DNA of 57,367 nt, filler included, from Dimargaris cristalligena (taxonomy: Eukaryota): NCBI GenBank assembly GCA_003614675.1. It is 2 parts of 2 records of this genome, joined end to end, with 100 filler letters (N's around TTAATTAATTAA, not from the genome) between each part and the next. Parts side by side here need not be neighbours in the genome. Positions count along the whole stretch, not along the records: positions 1 to 28,678 come from ML002498.1; 1 more part is not named here. One strand, written 5' to 3'. The notes beneath the pieces were generated by a model. It was not told the DNA's origin. It did no database searches and saw nothing but the letters and a program-made list of their open reading frames with translations. Made by a program: the position numbers and the translations under genes. Shown here piece by piece: positions 1 to 13,200 of the stretch (position 1 is its first letter; each line of letters begins with the position of its first letter).

Positions 1-1911
1 GGCCAATTGATGCATAGGGCCTGAAGGGGATTCCTTAGGAATGCAGTTGGGGAAAGTAACTAGTGTCTGGTCGGGCAATAACAAGTGAGCCAGCTCAGAG
101 GCCTTTATAGACAGTAATTTGAATTACAGGTCCGTCTTAAATAAGACCAATAATGTGAGGGGAAATGGTACCACACGGAGAGTGTAATAGGTGTTTGTAA
201 AAACCCTATTTTTGCTTAGTATGGCTGGGTGCTATGATGGGATAAAGTATACAAGAGATTATATAAATACCATATCTGTTTATAGAATTGTTTGATATTT
301 CATCCAGCTCTCCAAGGCCTCAAATGAATGGTGCACTATAATCAGCTGTAGGTGCTCTCTGCGGTAGTATACCAAGAAATATAAAGAAATTTAATACTGT
401 AGATTAGAAATAGAAACTACTTTATGAGAACTTTAGACTTTCCATGGTGGTATATGCTAGATACTAATTGACCAATCAGAAGATGTTGTCTAGATAGTGT
501 TGTGGCCAGACTAGCATGGCCTTAGTAACCCTATTAATTCCTACATCTAACTTTCTTCGGTCTCGGACCTTCCCTCCAAAAAAGGACGGACTCCAAGAGC
601 TTTTTAATTTCTCTAGGAATCAAATCATTATTTCCAGTATATTTATTCAATTCTTTATATTCTATCAGAGTGGCAGACTTTCTGACCACATACCTCAGTG
701 ACACAATGACCTCTCATTGAGGAGCTATGTAGTTATAGTAGTAATAATTAGTAACAATTGATATATATAATCTGGCCGCTCCCCACAGGGTAAATGGCAA
801 TTCCTCTCCTAACTCCAACTTTCTTATTTTCTTATTTTCTTTAAACAAGTAATCATTATAACTAGGGTCGTACTGGAAACTACCTGTGACTATTATTAAT
901 AAATCATCACTTATCTATATTTACCACCTACAATTTAATACATTTCCTTTTCTGGACGCGAGTGGCACAACAATAGTTGCAAAAAAAACCACCCACTTAT
1001 GCTGACGTGCTTTACCTTAGCAAGGTAATCATGGTAGTCAATGTTAACTGTAAAGATTCAAACACATACATATAGTAATAATTTAGCACAGGTGTAAATC
1101 ATTGTGAATGGAGTGTAACTAGGGGCTCTGAATACATTTTCCCCCCAGGTAATAGAACCTATTGTTGCTTTGGTTGACCAAATGACTAGCACCAAACCAG
1201 CGGGCTGGAGCTGCCTCCTTAAAATACCACCACTTGAATGCCTACCCCAGATAGCACTAGGTAGGTCGATACTAGATTAGAAGCTCTATCAACAAGGACA
1301 TATTATTGTTCAAGTAGAAAAGAGGAATATAATGGATACCCAAGTGCGAGCTACTAACTAGGAGTGAACATGTATGGATATATCGCTGAATAAGCCATAC
1401 ATATAGGCAAGGTAATAACAGACAGGTCTGTAACCCAGAAGTGGAACTATGTGGAAGGATGGTACCAAAATGCAACCTAGGGATGGCAATGGTGGCACAG
1501 GGGAGTGTACAATATATCACACTGGAGACTTGGTTCCTCCCTTTCTGTCCAAACACCTTAATATTTTGAAGTACACCGTTCCGCCTATTCCCTTAGCCCA
1601 TCTATAGTTAAACACATATACTTGCCATTCATGTCTTTATCATTATTTTCAAAAGGGCTGAGTTGGTGAAACTTTCGTTGCACCAACCGTACTCTATGAT
1701 TCTACACTTAACTTATATGAATGCAGATGGGGGTTGACACTGTGACACCGGCATTGGTAAATCTGTTTTTCGGCCAGCAAGCATCTGCTCAGCAATTTGG
1801 TGTAAAATTTTAGACGAGACTCCAAAGAATAGGCTCTCAAACTTAGCTGGCCAAGGTAGACTGATTTTCTCTTTCAACGAAATATATCCTCCAGGGTTTG
1901 TCGTCGGTAAC

Positions 1912-2055
1912 ATATGGGTGAACTTCAACCCACCTGTATAGGATTTTACACAATATGTGTATGGGATAATATGTGGGAGAATAACTTTTGACCAGTAATA
2001 TTTACCTCATCAAATGGATTATTCGTTATACAGCCTGGATGAACTTCTGCCTTAT
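1912..2055. mobile_element. MITE-like dispersed repeat, copy A (~144 bp)
   Basis: Starts ATATGGGTGAACTTCA and ends TGAACTTCTGCCTTAT (imperfect terminal inverted repeats). The interior (CCTCATCAAATGGATTATTCGTTATACAGCCTGG) aligns by eye with copy D and with the reverse complement of copies B and C. Confidence 0.75.
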
Positions 2056-2849
2056 TAAGCAACTTCAAAAACCAAAGGTCTCTATTATCGCTTAGCAACT
2101 AAATTATGATAAATCAGATACTTAATAAAATGGCGAGTCAGCTCGGCTATGGTGAATGGTACTGTTTGGCGGTGATATTGTGAACGATTGGGCTAGACCA
2201 AATATCGGCGGACCACTATGCCGACTATGAGTAGGTGGTACTATACGCAGTCTGGTTCATCAAGGAAAAAGATACCACTGATATTCCATGGAATTTATAC
2301 TCACCATGAACCCGATCCTTGGTTACTATTTTAGGACTCTCTTGGCTACTCTGCCTTGATATTTTGCTGAAGAGCAGACCAAGCCATTTGCAACGACCTT
2401 AAAACAGCTTGTGGCTGAAACATTATAGATGCGTAGTTCGGGAAATGCCGCTGTGAGAAGCAGCCGCGATTCGGATTGGCCTAGTCACTGCGATTAAGGT
2501 CCCCATTCAATGTCCATATCGGATACCCTGACCCTGATGTGGCGGAGCCCTTGTAGTACAGTGTAGCTGCTTGCGAATCTCCTCGCTTTTTAGAAGAGTA
2601 AAATCCCATGCCCAATCCCCGTTGGTTCCTGATGCCTCGAAAGTGGATTAATGTGTTGGGGTGGGCCTTGATTATCCAGCAGCTAAATGTTACACGACTT
2701 GCCTTTTAAATTTACAACATGGATAAGTTGTTTTAGGTTATAGAGGGACGCCAGCTTTCCCATTTATTTATTTTCATCCAGGACTGTAGTGGTACGTCAC
2801 TTTCACAGCCCCATCCTGATAATATGTCTTCACTCTAGTCCCAGATAAG

Positions 2850-2857
2850 TATATATA
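2850..2857 (+). promoter_or_regulatory. Putative TATA box of the secreted F-box-like gene
   Basis: TATATATA about 125 nt upstream of ATG 2979, followed by a pyrimidine-rich leader. Confidence 0.4.
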
Positions 2858-2978
2858 GGCCCTTTCCATCCCACCCACTTGCCATCTTTAAGTTTGGGAG
2901 ATTCTCGCTCGTTTGCTTGATCAATTTCTTTATTATACCGTCCCTTAAGTAATCGCCCCAAACTCCGCTTCACTTACC

Positions 2979-4762
2979 ATGAGAAGCCTCATTCTGTTCT
3001 TGAGCGTTCCACTGGCTCAACTTAGCCTACCCGTGCCGGCTCAGCCTATCATCGACCCCTGGGAAAAACTACCCAAGGAACTCCGCGAAAATGTGGTGGG
3101 CACTCTCTCGCTGCCAGATCTAGTAGCCGCAGCTAATGTCAACCTGGAGTGGAGGGCCACCATTTTGGAGGAGCCCACGCGACTGAATAAGCTTGTAAGT
3201 ACGCAATTTCATTATACAGTTTACCACTGCCCAAGCCCCAGACACACTCAGCCAGTGAACGCCCTAATCGCCTGGTGTAGGTCACCCTTATTAATGGCGT
3301 GGCCCTTTTAGTGTGTGGTGTACAGGTCAGCGGAAACTATGCACATAATACTAACCATTGTGACTCTTGCAATACCACCGCCCAATTACGCAAACCGCGA
3401 AAAAACAATTTCAATTAGGCCGAAACCCGTTTTTCAGCTAACCCTCTCAGTTACTACAGCTCAGGCATCAGCGACAGTGAGGCGGATCAAAAATTGCTGG
3501 AATTTAGTCCTCTAATTGGCAACCTTGTCCGATCGATTGTCGTCCAATCCATCCATTTGAGTCTTTCTGCCCTTTGCTTTGATAAATTGGGGAATCCCGT
3601 GACTGGTCAATTTCGAGCCCCTCCCGGAGCCACACTCCCCATCCTTACATCAGCTATCCAGGATTTCAAGCCGGAACTCGAATGGCTCGACAAAAGCGCC
3701 CACATTATGAAGGTCAACGAAGGCTCCGCCGAAGTGTTTGATGTGTTTTTCCCCATTCTGGGCAAGATCCGAACGGGGGATTCCGAAAATTTAGCTCCAA
3801 TGATAAAGTACGTGTTTAGTGATACTTTCAGTAAATCTATATGTCGTCAGTTGGAACGTTGGGTGCCATCGCGCTATATCATGTTTCTAGCTATTCTCAG
3901 ATATGCCAACATGCCAAGGACTACTCCCCTATCTGACGTTGATCATATGGCCGATGCATTTAAGATATATCTGCCGGCGGTTATTCAACGCGACATAAGT
4001 AGCACATTGGGTCGAGCGATTAGTACCCTGGTAGTGCAAACCAACAATTTTCAACAGACCATGGACACCGGTCGAATAATTAAATTCGTGGATGAAGAAA
4101 CTGCCCAGAACTATGTGGGGATGGATTACACCTTCAATTTTGGTACGGCTTCATTTGCGGAAGAGAGCACTGAAACGGATTTCGGACCGGAGCATGATGT
4201 CGTGGACATGCCTCCGCCAGCCCCTATTCAATGGGAGGGTCCTTTACCTCCTATTATGCCGGCGGATATGCCAGGCTCCTCATCGATGTCACAAATGACC
4301 CCCGTACCGATTATAATCCCGGAAACTCAGAATATGGCCATTTTGGTTGCGGAAGTTCAGAAAAGACACGAACTTGTCGAAGCTCTTTCAGATCCCAAAT
4401 TTATGAGTCAGCCCCATGATATTATAGGTTACTGTGCCGTCGAGATTGGTCTTGTCAAACGCACTCTTCTCCCGGAAAATTGGACCACCCCCACTAAGGA
4501 GCGTCTCGTCGACCAGTTGAAAGGACCCGAGAGCGAAATTCCACAACTTTGCAGTAGGCTTTTCACATCGAATGACTATCCCATTTTCCTGGATACTGAT
4601 GGTGATGCCTCGGTTCGATTTTATCCGTATAATTCGGAATCCACTGAGCTAAGTACCCCTGAAGAACTTTCAACTTTACCTATTGAATTTGGGTTTATTC
4701 CTGTTACGAATGTGGCAACTGGAGAGATATTTGGTGAAGCACCGCCTGGATTCCAACTTTAA
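2979..4762 (+). CDS. Putative secreted protein with N-terminal F-box-like motif; join(2979..3194,3419..4762), ~519 aa
   Basis: Hydrophobic N-terminus MRSLILFLSVPLAQLSLPVPA. F-box-like WEKLPKELRENVVGTLSLPDLVAAANVNLEWRATI. GTAAGT donor at 3195 and TAG acceptor ending 3418 join exon 1 in frame (phase 0) to the long ORF ending 4762. Confidence 0.75.
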
Positions 4763-4899
4763 GGCGAGTATCGTTTGATGCAATTAACCTATCCTTATCT
4801 ATATATATGGAAATTATATTTTAATTTTTTTTTAAGTTAAAATATGTTTGAATTCCTGTTTAGTTCTTATTTTAAAATTATTAAAACTCGCTTCCACTC

Positions 4900-5990
4900 C
4901 TCAAGTAGGGGCTGGGTCAATCCCTATCCCCTATTACCAATCACTAATTGGCATTAAGTCTTATAAAATTACCAATTCTGTCCTGAATTGACCTACCAGT
5001 ATAGAAAGCAATAGAGGAGTGCACCCATCTGGCAATTGGCTTATTAATGAGGCACTTGAAAATGGCAAATGCAGGTAATTTAAATAGAGGGAGTGTTTCA
5101 AATGAGTCATATATTTATCACCTGGGTTAACCACTCTTAGTCTGTCAAGAGTCCTGAGGATAGGCTTCTAATGGTAGGCAGGGCTTAGACTTGGCCAAGT
5201 GGGCTATTAATGTTAGGTACAGGCATAGTACTAACTAATAGAGGCTTTAAGTAATAGGATATACAAGGGATATGCAGTAGGTACACTTACTGGTCAGTAT
5301 GAGAGGTGAGTATATAGAGAGTTTATTAGAGTAAACTAGGGTAAGAATAAGCTAGGGAAACTAACTGGCCTCAATAGGGACCAGTTGTATATATGCAAGG
5401 ACAACTCCAGAGGGAGGTCCTAAGTGAAATATACTACTAAACTAAGGTATAGGTAAATAGGCTAACTGGATAGTTGTAAGTATCCAGAAGACTCTAATGG
5501 TAACTGGAAGAGCCTTTAGATCAGCATTTAGGTGATTAGTGCAAAGAGATGGAGTCCAGAAGGGGGGGTTATATAATAAGGATAATATCACAGTACTAAG
5601 TATGCCATGGGAAGGCTTAATATGGTGTAATATGGCCTAATATGGTCAGACATCTAAGCCTATAGGATTAAGGCAGATTAGATGGTCTGACAATATTCAA
5701 GTTATTCTTAAATACCAGTTAATGAATCATATGGTTACCTTTTGGAAAACTAGGTACACACTGTTTCTCCAATTGACTTTATTATTTGTATTAGTTCAAT
5801 ATTGATTACTTTATACATAAAGTTTTGGACTTCTTTTATACATACTGGGTTCCCCAATTCTCAATTCAGTATCATTTTTTGTGGAATTGGCTGCTGGAGA
5901 GTAATATATTTAACACACATGAGCTATGTGAATTACCAGATTAATTGTAAGAGAGAAGAATCCTATTTAGGTTATATGGCTCTCACCACT
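4900..5990. repeat. AT-rich, CpG-depleted degenerate repeat/TE relic, family not identifiable
   Basis: No CpG seen by eye across ~4981-5900, abundant TpA, no long ORF. Composition resembles the decayed DIRS copies rather than flanking genes. Confidence 0.45.
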
Positions 5991-6473
5991 CTGTTTTAGC
6001 AGTGGTGATTTTAACAACAGTCACCCATTTGCTTACCAAGGGGTGCCCAACCAATGGAGTTCAAGGTGCCACAGTACCTGACAATCTCTTTTATACTCTC
6101 TCCCCTCTATAATTCTTTTAAATTGATCCAACCTCTACTTACTTTCTACAAAATACAAAATGTATTATTTGTTTTAAAAACTTATTATGTTAATAGAGGG
6201 GAAAGAAAAAAAATCCATAAAAATATTACTTTCCCCAAAGTAGAAAGGAAAAATTTTCTAGCAAAAATTTATTTATCTTTCTCTTTCTTTTATTCCTTCC
6301 TACCAGCCGACCCTATTAGTTTATTCATGTTTACTATCAGAATTTATTCCCTGCCGTGTTTCTTTATACATGTGCACAACTACTTTTGGTTATTATAGAC
6401 CAGGGACTTGTCCATTGTGTGAAATAAGTATTGCCAACATAATTACAAACATCGACGGCATCTATTAACGATA

Positions 6474-6616
6474 ATATGGGAGAGGTTCAACCAGGCTATA
6501 TATCGAAAAATTCATTGGATGAGTCAAAAAATGATTGGTTATGCATTAATATCTCACCTGTTTTCCCATACATATTATTCAAAATCCTATTCAGCTACAC
6601 TGAACCTCACCCATAT
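6474..6616. mobile_element. MITE-like dispersed repeat, copy B (opposite orientation to A/D)
   Basis: ATATGGGAGAGGTTCAACCAGGCT...TGAACCTCACCCATAT; 143 bp with terminal inverted repeats. Confidence 0.78.
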
Positions 6617-6959
6617 GAATATTCAGTGATATTAGGTATCACTGAGCAGGGGAATAGTTAATTAGCATTGCTTCTTAGGGCAATTCTCAGTGGGAGTAAT
6701 GCAGGCCACCTCTTTCCCGGATACTGTCAAATATCTGATAATTTTAATTGGTTCTTGATCGTCAGCCCATCAGGTTATTTGATCAGCCATATTTACATTT
6801 ATCTAGGACAATTCCCTACAGTTACCTACAGCCCACCCAAATACCTTCAACTGGGCTCCCTTTGGAACTAGGAGTGTATATACATATTTTAAACATACAT
6901 ATTTATTAATCTACTCCATTTGTGACTAACCATTGTGATAGAATTGCCTTTATATTATA

Positions 6960-7838
6960 TCAATTGCTGGTGGTGGGGGGACTGGGGGGATGGATATTTT
7001 TATTGTGGCGGTCAAAATTATCTTTGCGAGTGAACTCTTGGTCACATTTTGGACAGGCAAAGGGCTTCTCCTTGGAATGAGTTTTTAAATGGCGGTTGAA
7101 GTCATATCTGCGCTCGAATTCGTCATGACATTTTGGACAGACGAATAGCTTGTTGGGCTTGGGCGATTTCAGCCGGCTATGGGAGGTGTCAATATCCTTT
7201 TCGGATTTCTGAGCACATAAAACGCAGGCAGGTAGTAGTGTATCGAGGCCGCGCACTTTTGAGAGGTCAGACGTGACTTGGGTGTTTTGATATACGCCAC
7301 CACATAAATTACAAGGGCGGGGCTTCAGGACAGCGAGTGTTTTGGATTGGGAGCCGCAATTGCGACTGGCCCCTAATTTCGGATGACAATTGGGGACCCC
7401 TAAAGGATCTTGATAAATTGGGCCACCCGCCTGCTTATAGTACAGGTGTTGCATTTCCTTCCACAAACTTTGGTCGTTAGGATTTAAAGGAATTCCATAG
7501 GAGTGTTCAAAGAGCTCAGGGCCGGCTGTGGTAACATGGTCATTGTCGCTACCACTACTACCCTTGGCCCTCGATTGGGAAACGCCATCCACCACCAAGG
7601 GAACAGGCTTTCCCGGCGGTTGCATTTGTGTATATTGGTCAGGTGGGAGCAATTGGTCCAAATGGCCGGCCATGTTAGCGTTTTCGGGTTCCGGGCTATT
7701 CGGGGGCCAATTAATGTACTGATACAGTTGGAGAAGTTCGAGTTCGCCGGGGTAGGAAGTTTCATTATTCTGTTCGGAAGCACAGCTGAGAGCGAGAGAA
7801 CCCAGGGTAAGTAAACCAATATAGTTTAAGGTATACAT
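6960..7838 (-). CDS. C2H2 zinc-finger protein with signal-peptide-like N-terminus, 292 aa
   Basis: First ATG at 7838 gives MYTLNYIGLLTLGSLALSCA. Two tandem C2H2 fingers FVCPKCHDEFERRYDFNRHLKTH-SKEKP-FACPKCDQEFTRKDNFDRHNKNIH with a TGEKP-like linker, plus an extra CxxC-x25-CxxC. Confidence 0.85.
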   Translation of the reverse strand: MYTLNYIGLLTLGSLALSCASEQNNETSYPGELELLQLYQYINWPPNSPEPENANMAGHLDQLLPPDQYTQMQPPGKPVPLVVDGVSQSRAKGSSGSDNDHVTTAGPELFEHSYGIPLNPNDQSLWKEMQHLYYKQAGGPIYQDPLGVPNCHPKLGASRNCGSQSKTLAVLKPRPCNLCGGVYQNTQVTSDLSKVRGLDTLLPACVLCAQKSEKDIDTSHSRLKSPKPNKLFVCPKCHDEFERRYDFNRHLKTHSKEKPFACPKCDQEFTRKDNFDRHNKNIHPPSPPTTSN

Positions 7839-8294
7839 ATTTTGAGTGTAACAGGTGAAAAAAAGGATTTTATATGAATACGATATTATTTTAACCAACT
7901 GAGTACAAATATACACCGAAAAAAAAAATAACACTTTAAAGTTACTTAGTATAAGTAAATAATAGTAGTGTATAGGGAGATACTGCCACAATAAATCAAA
8001 CGAAAAGGAAAAAAAGGTAGAAGAAATTTAATGTGACGAATGTGGGTGAGGCTATCCCATTATATAAGACCAACTTGACGAACCCTACCGCCTACACAGC
8101 CTTAGCACGATGTAAAATGGGCCGATAAGTATATTAAAATTCACCCCCGATTTATCGGTAGAATCGGCTAAGCTAAAAATAGACGAGGGCTTCATTGTGT
8201 ATCCAATTTCCCTTCTCAACGTTCTTCGGGGTTGAAATTGGCGAATCAAAGCTGTACTAGGCTAATTCGTATACCCTTCCTTTGTGCGGGTAAT

Positions 8295-8438
8295 ATATAG
8301 GGGAAGTTCAACCAGGCTGTGTAACGAAAAATCCTTTGGATGAGGCCAATATTATAGGCTAAAAATCATTATCCCCTCTATTCTCCCACACACCTACTAT
8401 GTAAAACCACATCCAGCTGATCTGACGTTCACCCATAT
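8295..8438. mobile_element. MITE-like dispersed repeat, copy C (same orientation as B)
   Basis: ATATAGGGGAAGTTCAACCAGGCTGTGTAACGAAAAATCCTTTGGATGAGG...TGACGTTCACCCATAT; 144 bp. Confidence 0.78.
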
Positions 8439-10238
8439 CGAGAGGCACTTGCCATTGTCTATTTTATTTATTGGGGGAGGTTCACTTCGTCACCGTGGCC
8501 ACCATACAGAGAAAGTTCGGTGTTAGATAGTGGCCCATTTTCTTTTCGGATTATATTTCTCTGGTTCCACCTTAACCTCCTTACCTAGATTACATTTTAC
8601 GCCCAATCCAAAGGTCTATACGATTGGGGTGGACCTCTTCCATATTGACAATGGCAGGTTAGGTCTACAACCACCCCACCAATACTACCTTTTGGATGCG
8701 TTCGATTGTGAAAACGGACGAAAAGCACCCATATCCCTGTAGGCCAATCTAGGAATTAAACTAAGGGTATTCGCTTGGTGCAATTGTATGAAGATTGTAT
8801 AGGTGACAGACGGTTCAACCTATAAACAGGGACATTCACAGAGAGATGGATAGTAGTCCCTCAATGGGGACATAGAGCGCTAGCAATGCTACCCTCAAGG
8901 GACTACAATTTGAATTACATTTTTTAAAAAAATGGCACCCAGGCTCTCGAATGAGTAGCTTGTTTAGTTAGAGTAGTCATTTATATGGGGTAAGTTTAGA
9001 CCTGTTACATATTTAAAAAACCCTACATTTAGTGGACAAGGTTTACCTAATTAACAGAATGGCCTGTTCATTTTACCCCACCAATAACTACATTCAAGAA
9101 TTTAATAAGGCTCCAGCGAATTTTATATATTGCTACTCATTTATGTGGGACACTCTCAAAAGCCACTTCTCCTGGGCACCCACTGCGCTAGAGCGTCGAG
9201 CTTAGGGGGTGGCTTTTCAAGTAGATGTGGTGTATTAATGGGAATAGGGGAAGTACGTAGTTGGCTGGATTGGCGAAGGGAAATAGCCCTCCTGGGTTGT
9301 AGGTCAAGTGGTAAAATATAAGATTCGAGGGAATTAATTGAGCCCACTTGAAAAGTCAGCAATGCACCCAATGTACAGATGTAGAAATGTCTAGGCGAGG
9401 AATTGAGAATACTCGACCTGTAAAAAATTACAGACATTTGGAGGACAATCATTAATTCATGTGGATGGGCTTGAAGTTAGTAAAGCAATGTGGAAGACGA
9501 TTCCATCAAAATGAAGGTTGGGTCGAAGGGCAACTCTTGGCATATTCAGCTATGCCCTCACCAGTAAGGCCTCTTCTAGCTAATTAACTTTGGTTAACTG
9601 TAGGTATGCCACTTGTAGCCATCTCCTGGTTGACCGCCTTGAAGGAATTCAATGTCCGCTATAGCCCCCAGTCGGACGTATAGAGGCACCAGTGCCACTC
9701 TGACATGGGGGCAACGGTCATATCCTGGGATAGACATTACTAAAGTCAAACGACCGAATCTGCACCCCAGAAATCTAGTTTCCAAGCTCCAGCACCAGCC
9801 TGGCCACAAGCCACTCTGGGGTCACACTGGCAGGGTTTTAGGACCCACCACCCATGAGGTAACGCACTTAAACCAGGGGCTGGAACTGGCTTGCGTATTG
9901 GGACTGCCGTGTATAGCTATTGACCCGGGCTCCTATTGGCGGAGTGGACTTTCTCCGCCCCGACGGATGGTTCTATTTAGACGCATGGACGGGTGCCCTT
10001 CACACAATCACTGAGGCTTGGCTTTCCCAGCTTGACTCCATGACTCAGTCCAATGGGATACCATATACTATATATATATTGACGGATCTCGACCCTTAAG
10101 ACCAAGTCAGTAAATACTTCCAATTCTATACCCCTTTGATTCAAGCTAAGCAGACTCGCTTCTATTCACTCTCTATTTATATTTGCTTTAGTGGTATCCT
10201 TAGTTATTCGTATTGAACACCGCCTCATTTCTGTCGAA

Positions 10239-13200
10239 ATGCCCGCCGGCGTCACCCCACCAACGACGACAGGGGTTCCACCCGCGCCCGACACTCTGGC
10301 CCAAACCCTATTGTGTGCCGTATTGCATGACCACCTCCAACTACGCCGACCAGGCTGGTCATTGCATTCCGCCCTAGCTTTGGCCCAGCGGCGCTTGCAT
10401 TGGCTTCGCAGTATCGACCGAGTTTGGAAGGAATACAACTTCAATTCGACATCCGTTGCCTCTCCCTCCCAACCAACCACCCCGACTAGCGAGACTATCC
10501 GTGGTTCCGAAAAGGGCTCTCCTAGTCCCCTTTTCAAAAAACTAGACGGCCTCAAGAAACCCAAGTTCTTGAAAAAGGCTAAAGGCATGGGCTACTTTGG
10601 TCGCTCGAAAACTGTTGTCCCTATATCAGGTATTGGTCCCCCATCACCACCAGGCACCCCGCCCCTCGGGTCCTCTGTAATGCCTCAAACAGGGCTTCCG
10701 TCTCCTTATGCAAACTCGACCGGTCGGCTCACGGAAGTGGACGAACCACTGCTTCTGGAAATCGAGACGGGCTTAAAAAAATTACAGCAGGACCGCCGAA
10801 ATTTAGCCGCGTCTACCACCATCATCACCTTATATCTGGGTCTTTTGGCTCAACCCGAGGTGCGGCATGAACTAAAAGAGCACGGTGTCATCGAGGACCT
10901 CATATGGCTATATGGCAAAGTAGTGCTCCTGTTTAAAGTGGTTGACCCTGACTCACCCCAGGATTCACCTCCCCCCGACGCTAGAGACAGCGGTTTATCG
11001 GTCCGAGTGAATCTACCCAGTGAAGTAGCTGCCATCCTCTCCGTCGTCAAGATGGCCCTTGGGCAGATGTATGGGTCCAGCAAATCCGGCACCCAGCGAT
11101 CCTCTGGCACCAACCGCTCCCTGTTAGATTCGCTCGTCGATACTAGCGCGGAGAACCCCACCGCACGAACCGCTATGTACCAGACTCTCCTCCAGCGACT
11201 CGCTGATCGGACTAACTGGTACATATACGTGCTGCTGGATACCTTCGAGCCTGGTCCCATGACCACGCATCTTGCTACCAACTTTGGCCTCCGGCAGCGT
11301 GTGGTTTTGAGTACCTGCCGCGCTTGGGTTCCCGCCCAGATTGGAGCTGCGCTGCTGTTGCGGTTTCAAGCTTATTACAGCAAACTAATGGAACGTCCGG
11401 TGACTATGGCCTCGGTAAACCACCTATATTCCCCCCTGGCCTATCGATACTGGCTCGAAAATGAACGCCATAATGTATACCAACTTATTCGGATATTAGA
11501 CGGCACTGCCCCGCTGACTGAGCCATTGTCCGTGACTGCTCCTCCCCCCCATCTAAAATTACCACCCCCACAAGGGCCCGCCCCCGACCTGCCCATTGCC
11601 CTCCCCCTGGATCCCCACGCCAATTACCGGGATCTTATAAATATTTTGGTTGACCGCCATTTAGTGAAGCCTCTGGGTCGTAATACGGAAGCAGATAATC
11701 TTGCTTTTTTCATCACTTCTACTCCCGGCCCGGCTAATCAAATCCGCGGGGTCCAACTCCCCTGCAGCTTGCCGTCGGATGCCCAGGACATTCTTCAGTG
11801 GTGTGCTCGACTTTGGTACATTAGCGTCCCCTTTAGAAGGGCTTGCTATTTACAGGCTGTATTCCGTCGGGTCGAATCCCGCCAATTACCCCTGTTTTAT
11901 CTCCAAGACGCGCTAGCGGGGGCAACCCAAGCCCTACAGGCAATACCCCACCAAAACTGGTCCCATTTCGATGTAAGTCAAAACCTAAATGTGCTATCTA
12001 GCCAATTGTCCAAACAAATATAATATCCTTTTATGACCCACTACCTATTCGTAACCTTCATCCCGCTCATAACTATTACTCGTCTCCTCTATCTAAATCA
12101 TACAATATACCCTCTATTTTTTTATTGGTGTTTATGGAAACACGTAGAACGATACGATATGGACTCTGCTCTCCGGGATTTTGGACTACATTGAACGTCA
12201 ATTGACGTCGGTGCTGGCGGCCATTGACTACTATCCTAACCTGGATCATTTCAATAAAATGCCCGCCAATATCCAGGTCCGGGTGTCCCTACGGTGGTAC
12301 ACGCTTCGGACTCTTTTGGTGCTTCGTCATGCGCTAGCTCAAAATCCACTTGTACAATATTATCAGCAGGGGCAGAACGACTATACGGAGGCCCTCCGAA
12401 TCCGTATTCACCGGGCCTTCGAGCCCTGGTTCAAGTTCTGGTCCAAACAGTTTGCCCCTGGCAACCGATCGCCCTCTGAAAACACCATGGGTTTTGCGGA
12501 ACTGCTGTGTGCCATTTCCAACACTTTCCTGCTCGCTGAAAAGGCCTTTGGGTTAACCGAACAGCCCGAGTTGGCCCAACGCTGTGGATACCCTGATATC
12601 CTTAACCCGTGTACGCCATTTCTGGACATCATGCTTGGTCGGTATTTAAATGACCTGGAAGCCTGGATTTCAACCATGAAACGGCAACAAGTGGCGAGTA
12701 ATTCCACCAAGGCAGACCCTTTGGAATTGGATTTAGAACTGTGTGGCCACCTTTCCGAGGTCCTTAGCGCCGCCGGCGAGTTGTCCCTACGCGTTTTTCA
12801 AAAGTAAGTTATTATTCACGCAAACCACCTTTTTGACCGACAACAACTCTGGGGGAGATTGGTTGCTGTAGGTTTTTTGCATTTGCCACAGGCTAGAATC
12901 TCATATTTCAGGATTTATGCCCTCTACACCATCGTCTTACTTGACTATTAGATCAAAAGTGGGACCCTTGTCCCAAAAATTTACACATCTGTATGTCGCC
13001 CAAATGATCCAAGCGGTGCAGACCAAGTCCCAGGAGTGGGTCCAATCTGTTCTCAGGGTAGACCAAGCGGTGGTCCTCGGCGATGACTCATCCACAATGC
13101 TCCACACCTCATCCGCGGACGATATCCTGTGCTGTATCTTCGAACCATTTGATTTACTTAAATCGATACCCGCTCTCGACCCGGCCCTTGGGAACTGGGC

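Noticed and set aside
7839-7991. 51-aa hydrophobic N-terminal extension of the C2H2 ORF in the ORF track
   Set aside because: Begins at a non-ATG codon in AT-rich UTR-like sequence; the first ATG is 7838.
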